From: a bacterium
GTDB lineage: Bacteria > Patescibacteriota > Minisyncoccia > Phycocordibacterales > UBA5272
DNA length: 64,000 nucleotides
Reading direction: 5' to 3'
NCBI GenBank assembly: GCA_023267595.1
Contig: JAHFNB010000003.1
Coordinates: forward strand, 66,165 to 130,164
Made by a program: the position numbers and the translations under genes. The notes below the pieces were generated by a model. It was given only the letters and a program-made list of their open reading frames with translations, did no database searches and was not told where the DNA came from. Of this stretch, positions 20,569 to 29,607 are shown in pieces (the first letter of the stretch is position 1; every line of letters begins with the position of its first letter).

Positions 20569-21966
20569 TCAACGCTTTGGCAGCATTTCTGTGATAGTAA
20601 TTTTTGAAATATCAGATGGAAATGTTGAAAGCCATAATGGTGAAAAACTAATCTCTGCACTTTCGATTGAATCAATACTCTTCATAAGAGGTTTAAACTC
20701 TTCCCGTTTTTTCCCAACGACTAATGTTTTTACAACATCAGGGTCTGTATTCCAAATAACCCGAGGTGTACCTTCTACTAAGATATCAAGGTTACTACTT
20801 GATGCAATTCTGTCAGCATCCTTTCGTGAAAACGTGAGTGTATCTGTATACGAGAGACGTACTGACTCACCATTATAATCACGTACAGATTCCCCTATCT
20901 TCTTTGCAAATTCTGGAGCAGATACAAACATGAGATACCCTGTTGCAGTAACTTCATACGTTGATGTAAGACCTTGCATCACTTGTTGTTCATTATCCCT
21001 ATAGACAATATCAATAGCACTATAGAGACCAATATAACCATCCTTCTTCATCGTAGAGAGATCTGTTTTTAATTTTTGCGCAGTTTCAAGAGCAAGTTCA
21101 TCTTTTGCAGCATTTATATCTGCAAGTGAAGCAAGCGTCATATTTCCCGATGCTCCACCTGTGATAGAACCGCTACTTCGTGCAAAAAATGTTGTATATC
21201 GCGGAGTACCTTTAAATCCTGGAATTGTAAAATCAGTCGGAGCACTATTGTAATCTGCACCATAACTATCTGCATATACAATAACTTCTACACTTCCTGG
21301 AGTATCCCCTTTCTTACCAGGAACAGTGACTGACTGATTAATTCTATAAATTTTCCCATTTGCAGATTCAAAACGAGTATTTTTAATTAATTTCTGAGGT
21401 TCAGAATCATAGTTATTGTAAATAACAATTGAACCAGATGCCTTTGCTTGGACTTTTTTCGTTTCAGAAAGCGGAAGTGTTTTATTTTTTGTAAGAGAAG
21501 ATGTTGCAACAATAAAAGGAACGACAGATGCAGTTGTGGGGTTTAAGCCAAATGAAATAGTTTTATGTAAACCTTCGACATCTTGATGTTTTGGGACAAT
21601 AGTTACTGTTGCACTATTAAACACATAGGTAAGCAATAAACCTCCTACGATTAAAACACTTACAACTGTAATAAAAGCCCATGTCCCTAGTGAATTATTA
21701 TTTCTATAACGAGTGCGTGGATCACGATAGACAATATCACCTCGTGGTCTTTCTGCCTCTTCTTCATAATCATCTTGCCTCATTCGTCGTGGATACATTT
21801 CCATCTGATCAATATTTCTCCTTTCACGAGACACTTTTATAGGAATATGAACAGGCCTGTCATCATTATCCTCACGCGCGTATGAGCGTGATTCAAATTG
21901 TGCAACACGAGATGACAAATCTCGATTAGACTTTGAACGAGTGTATGGTTTGCGAATGTCTTGCAT
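20569..21966 (-). CDS. hypothetical membrane-anchored protein
   Basis: It has a basic, disordered N-terminus, one transmembrane segment (WAFITVVSVLIVGGLLLTYVF) and a large extracytoplasmic domain. I recognise no family. It sits where secY/adk/map would normally precede infA. Confidence 0.5.
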   Translation of the reverse strand: MQDIRKPYTRSKSNRDLSSRVAQFESRSYAREDNDDRPVHIPIKVSRERRNIDQMEMYPRRMRQDDYEEEAERPRGDIVYRDPRTRYRNNNSLGTWAFITVVSVLIVGGLLLTYVFNSATVTIVPKHQDVEGLHKTISFGLNPTTASVVPFIVATSSLTKNKTLPLSETKKVQAKASGSIVIYNNYDSEPQKLIKNTRFESANGKIYRINQSVTVPGKKGDTPGSVEVIVYADSYGADYNSAPTDFTIPGFKGTPRYTTFFARSSGSITGGASGNMTLASLADINAAKDELALETAQKLKTDLSTMKKDGYIGLYSAIDIVYRDNEQQVMQGLTSTYEVTATGYLMFVSAPEFAKKIGESVRDYNGESVRLSYTDTLTFSRKDADRIASSSNLDILVEGTPRVIWNTDPDVVKTLVVGKKREEFKPLMKSIDSIESAEISFSPLWLSTFPSDISKITITEMLPKR

Positions 21967-22309
21967 ATGGAAGAGAAGCGTTTTCTATACCTTCCAGTGT
22001 AACATTTACAGGTACTCCATTTGTGTAAAACTGTGTATAAGAAGTATTTTCAAGTGCTGTTCCAATCCATGTTGCGTAACGTGGTGCAATTAATCGAAAA
22101 TCAGTTGGTATTCTGTCATGAAGCGAAATAAATTCGAGTGTATATAAAATTCCATCTGCTAATTTTGATCCTGCAATATGATTCATACCTTCTGCCTCAA
22201 TATGTTTGTAACCAATCGGATGCGTATGAGAAACAATAACATGACCATCAACAATATAGTTGATTAACGTTGCAGTATCTCCAACAGAAATAGAAAGATA
22301 GGGATTCAT
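21926..22309 (-). CDS. hypothetical protein
   Basis: This is a 127-aa ORF with no motif I recognise. Confidence 0.35.
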   Translation of the reverse strand: MNPYLSISVGDTATLINYIVDGHVIVSHTHPIGYKHIEAEGMNHIAGSKLADGILYTLEFISLHDRIPTDFRLIAPRYATWIGTALENTSYTQFYTNGVPVNVTLEGIENASLPYARHSQTIHSFKV

Positions 22310-22372
22310 GAGGATAGTATACAGTTAACAGTTAACAGTTAACAGTAGAATACACACAAACAGATGAAGAAA

Positions 22373-24265
22373 TTAAGATAAAACTGCTTTAATACGACGG
22401 ATGCCTTGTGATACAGATTCTTCTTTTTGAATTTTGAAAGTTCCCAATACTCCAGTACGTTCCACATGTGGTCCACCACAAAACTCCATCGAAAACATAT
22501 TTTTGTCTCCACGATTCTTCCCTTCTCCTACGTGATAGATACTCACCATATCACCATACTTTGCATCAAATAAACCTATTGCTCCACGAGATCGTGCTTC
22601 ATCATAGGAAACTTCTTCACGAATAACTGGTAAATCTTGTGCTATAACATCATTAACAATATCTTCTACTTTCTTTTTCTGTTCATCAGTAAGTTTTTCT
22701 CCATGAGAAAAATCAAACCGTAATCGTTCAGGCGTGATATTACTTCCCTTTTGTAAAACATGGTCACCCAATACAAGGCGTAATGCTTCATGAAGTAAAT
22801 GTGTTGCAGTATGATACTTTACTTCCATTTCACCATCTCCACCTAAGCCACCCTTGAATTTACCTGCACTTGCTGTACGAGATTCTTCAGAATGTTTTTT
22901 CTTTTCTTCATCAAATGATACTCGATCAACACCAATCCCTCTTTCTTTAGCAAGTTCTTCTGTTAATTCAATTGGGAAACCATACGATTGAAGAAGATTA
23001 AATGCATTAACGCCTGAAATATCTGCATCCGCAATCTTTTCAAACTCTTTAATACCATTTTCTAATGTCTTTCGGAATTTCTCTTCTTCTTTTTCTAGTT
23101 CGCTTATAATTATTCCTTTTTTACTCTCTAGATTTTTATACTCGTCTTTATAAACATCAATAAATGTTTGAGCAATATCTTTTGTAAAAGAATCATTGAT
23201 AGCAAGATTACGAGCAAATCGTACAGAACGACGAATAAGACGACGTACGAAATACATCTGGTCTTTATTTCCTGGTACTACATCATCTCCGATCAAAAAT
23301 GTTGCTGCACGAATGTGATCAAGTATTACTCGCATTGCATACGTTGTTGTTTCATCATGTCCATATTTCTTATCTGAACGATTTTCCAATATCTCTTTTG
23401 CTTTATCAAACACATCTATATTAAATACATCAGGATCATTACGAAGTGCTGCGACATATCGCTCAAGACCTGATCCATGATCCACATTCATCTGGGGCAA
23501 TTCTTCAAAACCATTTTGTGTTTTCTTGTATTGCATAAACACATTGTTCCCAATTTCCAAAAATCGTCCGCAGTCACAATTCACATGACAAGGCGCATCT
23601 TTGTATATTGATGTTTCATGCATTTTCTTAGTACCATCTCCATCAAAATCATAAAACATTTCAGAGTCTGGTCCACCTGGTTCACCTTCTGGCATATTCG
23701 CAGGCACTCCGGCACGACTCCACCAATTTTTCTTTTCAGAATAATAAAATATATGTTCATCATCTTTTATTCCATCAACTTCTGGGTTTTCTCCCACTTT
23801 TACATCAAGCCCTTTTCCTTTAAAAAGTTTTTGCCACAATTCTGCAGACAATGTATCACGTGGAATACTTAATTCATCATTTCCTTTAAAACAAGTTACA
23901 TAAAAATTCTTTGGCTCAAGTTTTAGTTCATCTATCAAAAATTCCCACATCCACTGTATCTGATCTTCTTTGAAATAATCCCCGAAAGACCAATTTCCTA
24001 ACATTTCAAAAAATGTGGTGTGACGATTATCACCCACCTCCTCTATATCTTGTGAACGAAATGATTTTTGAGAATCTGCGATTCTCGTACCAAGTGGATG
24101 AGGTTGTCCAAGTAAATATGGCACCATCGGTTGCATACCACTTCCGGTAAAGAGTGTTGTCGGATCATTCTCAGGAATAAGTGAAGCAGATGGAACAATA
24201 GCATGTTCCTTTTCTTTCATAAAAGAAAGAAACTTACTGCGAACTTCGCTTGTAGTGTATGACAT
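22373..24265 (-). CDS. alaS: alanyl-tRNA synthetase, short form of 630 aa
   Basis: The N-terminus (...FTGSGMQPMVPYLLG...FEMLGNWSFGDYFK) is a class II AlaRS catalytic core. An HTATHLLHEALR editing-domain motif is present. It lacks the long C-terminal extension of canonical AlaRS. Confidence 0.9.
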   Translation of the reverse strand: MSYTTSEVRSKFLSFMKEKEHAIVPSASLIPENDPTTLFTGSGMQPMVPYLLGQPHPLGTRIADSQKSFRSQDIEEVGDNRHTTFFEMLGNWSFGDYFKEDQIQWMWEFLIDELKLEPKNFYVTCFKGNDELSIPRDTLSAELWQKLFKGKGLDVKVGENPEVDGIKDDEHIFYYSEKKNWWSRAGVPANMPEGEPGGPDSEMFYDFDGDGTKKMHETSIYKDAPCHVNCDCGRFLEIGNNVFMQYKKTQNGFEELPQMNVDHGSGLERYVAALRNDPDVFNIDVFDKAKEILENRSDKKYGHDETTTYAMRVILDHIRAATFLIGDDVVPGNKDQMYFVRRLIRRSVRFARNLAINDSFTKDIAQTFIDVYKDEYKNLESKKGIIISELEKEEEKFRKTLENGIKEFEKIADADISGVNAFNLLQSYGFPIELTEELAKERGIGVDRVSFDEEKKKHSEESRTASAGKFKGGLGGDGEMEVKYHTATHLLHEALRLVLGDHVLQKGSNITPERLRFDFSHGEKLTDEQKKKVEDIVNDVIAQDLPVIREEVSYDEARSRGAIGLFDAKYGDMVSIYHVGEGKNRGDKNMFSMEFCGGPHVERTGVLGTFKIQKEESVSQGIRRIKAVLS

Positions 24266-24300
24266 AGTCCTTTGATTATAACGTAGAAATATAGAAAATG

Positions 24301-24329
24301 AAAAAGGCGCCGCATTGCAACGCCTTTTT
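24301..24329 (-). terminator. rho-independent terminator after the small GC-rich ORF (bidirectional)
   Basis: The stem GGCGTTGC-aat-GCGGCGCC (read on the minus strand) is an 8-bp stem with two G-U pairs. It is flanked by AAAAA and TTTTT. Confidence 0.55.
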
Positions 24330-24346
24330 AAACTCGGCCGTTCCTA

Positions 24347-24544
24347 CTACTTGAATGAAACGGCCTGACATCCCCTGATCATCGGTTGACGATCGGTTTT
24401 GCCTTTGATGACTCGCCGTGAGCCATCTCTCCCGCCGTTTATACCGACACTCACCGGAACTTTTCCGGCAACTGCTTTGTCGATATCTTCGGCCGTCCAT
24501 GCGAGCATGGGCACAACTTTTTTCTTGTTTCCCTGATTGTCCAT
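24347..24544 (-). CDS. small (65-aa) basic protein of unknown function, encoded in a GC-rich segment
   Basis: A clean ORF reads MDNQGNKKKVVPMLAWTAEDIDKAVAGKVPVSVGINGGRDGSRRVIKGKTDRQPMIRGCQAVSFK. An AAGGAG Shine-Dalgarno sits 7 nt upstream, a terminator follows and a promoter lies upstream. The segment is visibly more GC-rich than its surroundings. Confidence 0.45.
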   Translation of the reverse strand: MDNQGNKKKVVPMLAWTAEDIDKAVAGKVPVSVGINGGRDGSRRVIKGKTDRQPMIRGCQAVSFK

Positions 24545-24595
24545 TGCTAATCTCCTTGCTTTTAGTGAATTGGGTACTACAGTGTTCTACTATAT

Positions 24596-24623
24596 ACTAT
24601 ACACTAATATATAGAAAAGTCAA
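24596..24623 (-). promoter_or_regulatory. sigma70-like promoter for the small GC-rich ORF
   Basis: On the minus strand the sequence reads TTGACT-16 nt-TATAGT, about 45 nt upstream of the ATG. Confidence 0.4.
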
Positions 24624-24631
24624 TAGACGTA

Positions 24632-25099
24632 TTATTTTACAAAATGAGTAATTTTATCAAGTGGAACTGCAACGAGTATAGTTCCAATAGTAATCAGTAA
24701 AAGTCCGATCCCTGATTCTAAAGTAATTTTTTCTGTAAGAAATAGAAAAGCAAGAATTGCAGTAAATACAATTGAGAGTTTATCAATCACCGTAACCGTA
24801 ATAGCAGACCCTCCTGCAAGTGCATGATAGAAAAATATCCATGATAATGCACCGCCTATTCCAGATAGGATGACATACACCCATTGTTTATTGCTTAGTG
24901 ATGAAAGTGCCGTCACTGAAACTTTTCCTAATGAGAGTGCAGCAATACTTACAATAATAGCCATGGTGATACCTCTGATTGCAGTAAGAAGATTTGCATC
25001 CACTCCTTTTAATCCCATCTTTGCAAAAATAGTGCCAAGTGATGCCATAACTGCACCGAGTAATGCGTAAATAATATACATATTATAAAAGTGTAGCAT
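24632..25099 (-). CDS. EamA/DMT-family small membrane transporter
   Basis: The ~155-aa product has 4-5 transmembrane helices and an EamA-like N-terminus (YALLGAVMASLGTIFAKMGL). Confidence 0.5.
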   Translation of the reverse strand: MLHFYNMYIIYALLGAVMASLGTIFAKMGLKGVDANLLTAIRGITMAIIVSIAALSLGKVSVTALSSLSNKQWVYVILSGIGGALSWIFFYHALAGGSAITVTVIDKLSIVFTAILAFLFLTEKITLESGIGLLLITIGTILVAVPLDKITHFVK

Positions 25100-25155
25100 T
25101 CACACTATAAATACGTTAGGATGATACTAACAGGGTTCATTCAAGAGGTATACCA

Positions 25156-25707
25156 ATGAAAAAGACACCTAGCAGTATCACAGTAGAACTAGAAAAGGCA
25201 ATTGATGTTACCAAGAAGAATATACAGCATACGTTTTCATTTGCGAGCAAGTGTGGAAAATCACGTTGTCAATATTGTAAAAGATTAAAATCAATTCAAG
25301 GAGTATTTACAAAAACAAAAATATTACTTGAAGGTATCATCTCTTCACTCTATGAGGATAGTACACCGAAAAAGACATTCGAAAAACATCCAAGAAAAGA
25401 ATACGGAAACTACAATGGTTGGATTTCACCTGATGGTGAATACATAGACGTGTGGAACCTTGGTGGGCATGACAGATACTTTGAACTCTTTCCTAAAAAG
25501 AAATCTCTCAAGTTCGAATATATAAAAGTACATGCATCAGGCCATCGTTCTGAAATTATTTTCTACGATGATAAAAAAACTCCAACTGAAAATCAGATGG
25601 GTATGCTACGTGAAATCTTTGCGGATGCGATGATTAATGATTTCAAAATAACTTTTTCATTTGCATATGATCCAAATCACCCAGATCCATTAGATTTACC
25701 TTTTTAA
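25156..25707 (+). CDS. hypothetical protein
   Basis: This 183-aa ORF has a Cys pair (CQYCK). I recognise no family. It is followed by a terminator. Confidence 0.45.
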   Translation: MKKTPSSITVELEKAIDVTKKNIQHTFSFASKCGKSRCQYCKRLKSIQGVFTKTKILLEGIISSLYEDSTPKKTFEKHPRKEYGNYNGWISPDGEYIDVWNLGGHDRYFELFPKKKSLKFEYIKVHASGHRSEIIFYDDKKTPTENQMGMLREIFADAMINDFKITFSFAYDPNHPDPLDLPF

Positions 25708-25734
25708 ACCGCCATATGGCGGTTTACGTTTTTT
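25706..25734 (+). terminator. rho-independent terminator
   Basis: AAACCGCCA-ta-TGGCGGTTT is followed by ACGTTTTTT. Confidence 0.55.
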
Positions 25735-25765
25735 AAATCTTAAACTCTATTTTACTAACTAATAC

Positions 25766-25805
25766 AAAAAACCGGTGGCTCCCCAATGGGGCGCCAACCG
25801 GTTTT
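25766..25805 (-). terminator. rho-independent terminator for the minus-strand gene 25833..26444 (bidirectional hairpin)
   Basis: AAAAACCGGTGGC...GCCAACCGGTTTT is a long imperfect inverted repeat with a T-run on the minus strand. Confidence 0.55.
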
Positions 25806-25832
25806 GAAGTCTTTCAACCAACTAACAACAGA

Positions 25833-26444
25833 CTAAGTGCGAACTTCTTTCAAGTTCCAAAAACTGGAAACTTGTGGTACAAAGTCCTTTAGATTGACCT
25901 GATAGACAAGACCTCCAACATGATCGTAGACTTGACGGGTCAACGAAATACCTGGATAAGGATATCTCGTCACTTTCAAATAATATTCCCTTACCCATCG
26001 CTCTGCACTACTACCATAATGCTTATTACCAACGTGGAGAATCTTGACCCATTTCATCTTCCATCGGTAACCACCATAATCTCTTTCCTCATGTATGTCG
26101 ATGTTAAACCTTGTCGTCACACAGATGCGGAAGATGGTTTTGTTTCCGTCACAACAACGAATAATGAACTCTACTTCTCGTTCGGAGTATTCACCATATG
26201 CATCAGTCAGATTGACCATATCGTAAACTTTGACTTGATCATACGTGCCATCTAGCATCCGGGCGACATACGAAAGAGAGAAACCTTCTTCATGTTGCTT
26301 GATTCTCGGTTCCTCATCCTCATCTAGATCTTTATAGTCTTTATACCTGTTGACTGCATCGTTCCGAAACAACTGGAACACGTCCATCGCGGCCTGCGTG
26401 CTTTCGCACAAATTCATTTTTAAAAAGGGCATTTCGATCTCCAA
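25833..26444 (-). CDS. hypothetical protein
   Basis: This 203-aa ORF is somewhat GC-elevated. It has its own consensus promoter and terminator. I recognise no family. Confidence 0.45.
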   Translation of the reverse strand: MEIEMPFLKMNLCESTQAAMDVFQLFRNDAVNRYKDYKDLDEDEEPRIKQHEEGFSLSYVARMLDGTYDQVKVYDMVNLTDAYGEYSEREVEFIIRCCDGNKTIFRICVTTRFNIDIHEERDYGGYRWKMKWVKILHVGNKHYGSSAERWVREYYLKVTRYPYPGISLTRQVYDHVGGLVYQVNLKDFVPQVSSFWNLKEVRT

Positions 26445-26500
26445 AAGGAAAGTTCTGATTAGATCTACTTGTCGCAGCCAAAAGGCATATTGACAGTTAT

Positions 26501-26529
26501 ATTATAGCATATATTTATTAAAAAGTCAA
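26501..26529 (-). promoter_or_regulatory. sigma70-like promoter for gene 25833..26444
   Basis: On the minus strand the sequence reads TTGACT-17 nt-TATAAT, a perfect -10. Confidence 0.5.
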
Positions 26530-26598
26530 GTAATAGAAACCTTATACACAAAGACTCTTTTCAAGGAAGAGCATCTTAACAACGAAGACAAAGTAATC

Positions 26599-27717
26599 TT
26601 AAATCTTAAACTCTATAACGTCGCCATCTTTGACAATGTATTCCTTTCCTTCCGTTCGTAATACTCCTTGTGCTTTTGCTTCAGCGAAACTTCCTACGCG
26701 GAGTAAATCTTCGTATGCAACAATTTCTGCACGAATAAACTTATCTTTAAAATCTGTATGAATGACAGATGCGGCCATTGGTGCAGTACTTCCTTTCTTA
26801 ATAGTCCACGCACGTGTTTCCATTTCTCCCGTTGTCAGATACGTTTGTAATCCAAGTAAATCGTATCCTGCTTTAATCAGACTATCTACTCCACTATCGT
26901 GTGCACCTAATTCATTTCGCATTTCATCACGCTCCACACCAACGAATTCTTTCAATTCATCTTCTATTTTTGCATCTACTACTACGTAGTGAAACTTATG
27001 TTCATTAAAATATGCAATAAGTTTTTTAAACCTATCATCACCTGCCTCGCCTGCAGGCAAGTTCATCTCATCTAGATTTTTGCCTCCTGATTGCTTATTC
27101 AATACATACAAAATAGGTTTCATTGTAATTAAATGTAAATCACGTATCAATCTTAATTCTTCTTCATTAAACAAAAGTAAGTTTGCTAGTTTTCCTTCAT
27201 TAAGGGCTATTTTAAGTTGATCGAGCAATCCTTGTAACTTTATTGCATCTTTATCTCCACGTTTTACATCTCGCCCAATAGTTTGACTACGTTTATCAAC
27301 TGTTTGCATATCTGCCAGAATGAGTTCCATGTTGATGATATCAATATCACGCAGTGGATCTATTGTCCCTTCCACGTGAATCAAATCACTATTTTCATAT
27401 ATACGTACAACTTCTGCTATCGCATCTGTCTCACGAATATGTGAAAGAAATTGATTTCCCAACCCTTCGCCTTCACTTGCACCTTTTACAAGACCTGCAA
27501 TATCAACGAACTCGATGACTGCAGGAATAATCTTTTTCGAGTTACTTAACGTTGCAAGTTTTTCCAATCGATCATCTGGCACAGGAACAATACCTACCGA
27601 TGGATCAATAGTACAAAATGGATAATTATCCGCAGGAACAGACTTCTTTGTAAGCGCATTAAAGAGTGTTGATTTACCAACATTTGGAAGACCGACAATT
27701 CCGATACTTAGCGACAT
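26599..27717 (-). CDS. ychF: ribosome-binding ATPase YchF (Obg-like)
   Basis: GIVGLPNVGKSTLFNALT is a P-loop, and the C-terminal TGS domain is present over 372 aa. Confidence 0.85.
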   Translation of the reverse strand: MSLSIGIVGLPNVGKSTLFNALTKKSVPADNYPFCTIDPSVGIVPVPDDRLEKLATLSNSKKIIPAVIEFVDIAGLVKGASEGEGLGNQFLSHIRETDAIAEVVRIYENSDLIHVEGTIDPLRDIDIINMELILADMQTVDKRSQTIGRDVKRGDKDAIKLQGLLDQLKIALNEGKLANLLLFNEEELRLIRDLHLITMKPILYVLNKQSGGKNLDEMNLPAGEAGDDRFKKLIAYFNEHKFHYVVVDAKIEDELKEFVGVERDEMRNELGAHDSGVDSLIKAGYDLLGLQTYLTTGEMETRAWTIKKGSTAPMAASVIHTDFKDKFIRAEIVAYEDLLRVGSFAEAKAQGVLRTEGKEYIVKDGDVIEFKI

Positions 27718-27745
27718 AATCGCTCTATTCTAACACAGAAAATAA

Positions 27746-27976
27746 TTAATTCTTGAATAGTTCCTGTAACTCTTTCTGATACTTCTTCATCACATCCAAA
27801 CTTGCATACATCTCCGGCTTTCCTTGTTTCTTTAATGCATCTATTTCTTTTGCTATCTTACTGAATAAATCTGGATTCTTTTCTACTGCATGAGTAAGTG
27901 CCTCCTGTTGATCTTTGGGAAGATTTTTTGTGTTGTATTTTACTGCTTGTTTTAAGAAAAATCCTTTGATTGACAT
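27746..27976 (-). CDS. hypothetical small protein
   Basis: This ORF has an internal start MSIKGFFLKQ... that avoids overlap with the next gene. I recognise no family. Confidence 0.35.
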   Translation of the reverse strand: MSIKGFFLKQAVKYNTKNLPKDQQEALTHAVEKNPDLFSKIAKEIDALKKQGKPEMYASLDVMKKYQKELQELFKN

Positions 27977-27980
27977 AGTA

Positions 27981-28652
27981 TTATTTTGCGGCACTCTTAA
28001 TAACCTTATCAAACTCCTCTACAGACTGAGGATTACTAATCATCTTTCCATTCACAAAAAATGTAGGAGTACCCATGACTCCTAACTTTGCCCCTTCTTG
28101 ATATTCTGCCATTATCTTTGCCTCAACAGATGCACTATTTAAATCTGCTTCGAATTTCTTTGTATCTAATTTAAGAATTGTTGCATAGGCGATAAAAGCA
28201 TCGCGTGCATTTAATGCTCCAGACCATTCAGGCTGTTTATCATAGAGAATGTCATGCATCTCCCAAAACTTTCCTTGAAGACCTGCTGCTTCAGATGCTT
28301 TTGCTGCAAGGAGTGCATTTTGGTGAATCTGTGTTAATGGAAAATGTCGAAATACAACTTTTAAGATTCCTGCATTATCTGCCGTAACTTTTCTTACAAG
28401 TGGTTCATAGGCACCACATGCAGGACATTGGAAATCTCCAAACTCTACGAGTGTCACTGTGCCTGCTTGTGCACCGCGTACATGGTCAGTATCTGAAACA
28501 ATGACTTCAGGTGTTACTACTTTTCCTGTATTAATTGCATAGAAATAGTACGCAAAAAGAAGAACTATAATACCTACGATGACAGCAACAAATTTCCCTT
28601 CTGGTCTAGCGAGAAAATCAGATAGTTTTTTCATATTTCTCAAGTATAACAC
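27981..28652 (-). CDS. DsbA-family thiol:disulfide oxidoreductase (membrane-anchored)
   Basis: It has an N-terminal transmembrane segment and a GDFQCPACG CxxC thioredoxin-fold motif. Confidence 0.7.
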   Translation of the reverse strand: MLYLRNMKKLSDFLARPEGKFVAVIVGIIVLLFAYYFYAINTGKVVTPEVIVSDTDHVRGAQAGTVTLVEFGDFQCPACGAYEPLVRKVTADNAGILKVVFRHFPLTQIHQNALLAAKASEAAGLQGKFWEMHDILYDKQPEWSGALNARDAFIAYATILKLDTKKFEADLNSASVEAKIMAEYQEGAKLGVMGTPTFFVNGKMISNPQSVEEFDKVIKSAAK

Positions 28653-28659
28653 AGGTAAA

Positions 28660-29487
28660 TTATGATAAAACTTTCCCCTCTATACACATAAATAATGGTA
28701 TTTCTTTTCGTGCTTTATTTTCTGCTTTTTCACGTCCACCATCTTTACTTAGTCTATGACTAATCCACTCTTCGAGATGTGTAATGCCAAAATTATATTT
28801 CGCAAGTGTCTTTACATATACTTGCAATGGTCGATGAAATGAAATTGTAAACTTCTTATCTATTTTACTTCCTGGAGTCATATCTATTTTCACATGGGAA
28901 TCCGACATATATTCGTCTACTCTACGGTACTGAACTTTTTCTTTATCATCGTAGTCCCATCGTGTTTGTCGTGGATTACGAAAACTAGGATGATTAAGTA
29001 CAAAGATAAATCTCCCATTTTTTGATAAAACTCTTTTTACTTCTTGTATAGTTTTTTGTAAGTATTCTATATTTTGAAGTGCAAGAATACAGACCACAAT
29101 ATCAAACGTTCCATCTTTTACCATATACATATCATCTGATGATGCGACATGATATGTCACTTTATGCGTTCCTTTTTCTGTAAGTGATGTGTTTTTCTTT
29201 TCTGCAAGAGAAATTAGTTCACGACTCACATCAACACCAGTAACGAGAGCACCTTGTTCACGTAACATTTGTGAAAATATTCCCTGCCCACATGCAAGAT
29301 CAAGAATCTTCTTTCTTCTAACATCACCTACAATACGTATAAGGTTTGGAAAAATAACACGTGCATGATACGTATCATCATTTTTTTCTAGATGTGCATC
29401 ATACCATTCTGCTACATTCCCCCATGAGGTTTCAGAAGTAGTTCTTCGTGGAGATTTGTGTGAAGATTTTGAATATTCTTTTTTCAT
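28660..29487 (-). CDS. class I SAM-dependent methyltransferase
   Basis: ILDLACGQGIFS is a motif I glycine-rich loop, and the protein has a Methyltransf_11-like layout. Confidence 0.7.
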   Translation of the reverse strand: MKKEYSKSSHKSPRRTTSETSWGNVAEWYDAHLEKNDDTYHARVIFPNLIRIVGDVRRKKILDLACGQGIFSQMLREQGALVTGVDVSRELISLAEKKNTSLTEKGTHKVTYHVASSDDMYMVKDGTFDIVVCILALQNIEYLQKTIQEVKRVLSKNGRFIFVLNHPSFRNPRQTRWDYDDKEKVQYRRVDEYMSDSHVKIDMTPGSKIDKKFTISFHRPLQVYVKTLAKYNFGITHLEEWISHRLSKDGGREKAENKARKEIPLFMCIEGKVLS

Positions 29488-29607
29488 AATATAAAGAGTA
29501 ACTTTTACGTAAAAATAATTATACCATTTTCTTCGTACCTTCCTTGCAAATGTAAGGTATATATACTAAAATCCGCACAGGATTCTTTACTCTAAAGGAT
29601 AACGCAT

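Noticed and set aside
24276-24500. 74-aa minus-strand ORF overlapping the GC-rich small gene
   Set aside because: It is an alternative frame of the same region with no RBS. The 65-aa frame has an AAGGAG site and a proper promoter and terminator.
24340-24545. GC-rich block considered as a structured ncRNA (SRP RNA, 6S, tmRNA or RNase P fragment)
   Set aside because: I saw no recognisable conserved ncRNA motifs. A clean ORF with an SD sequence and a terminator explains it better. An Rfam scan would settle it.
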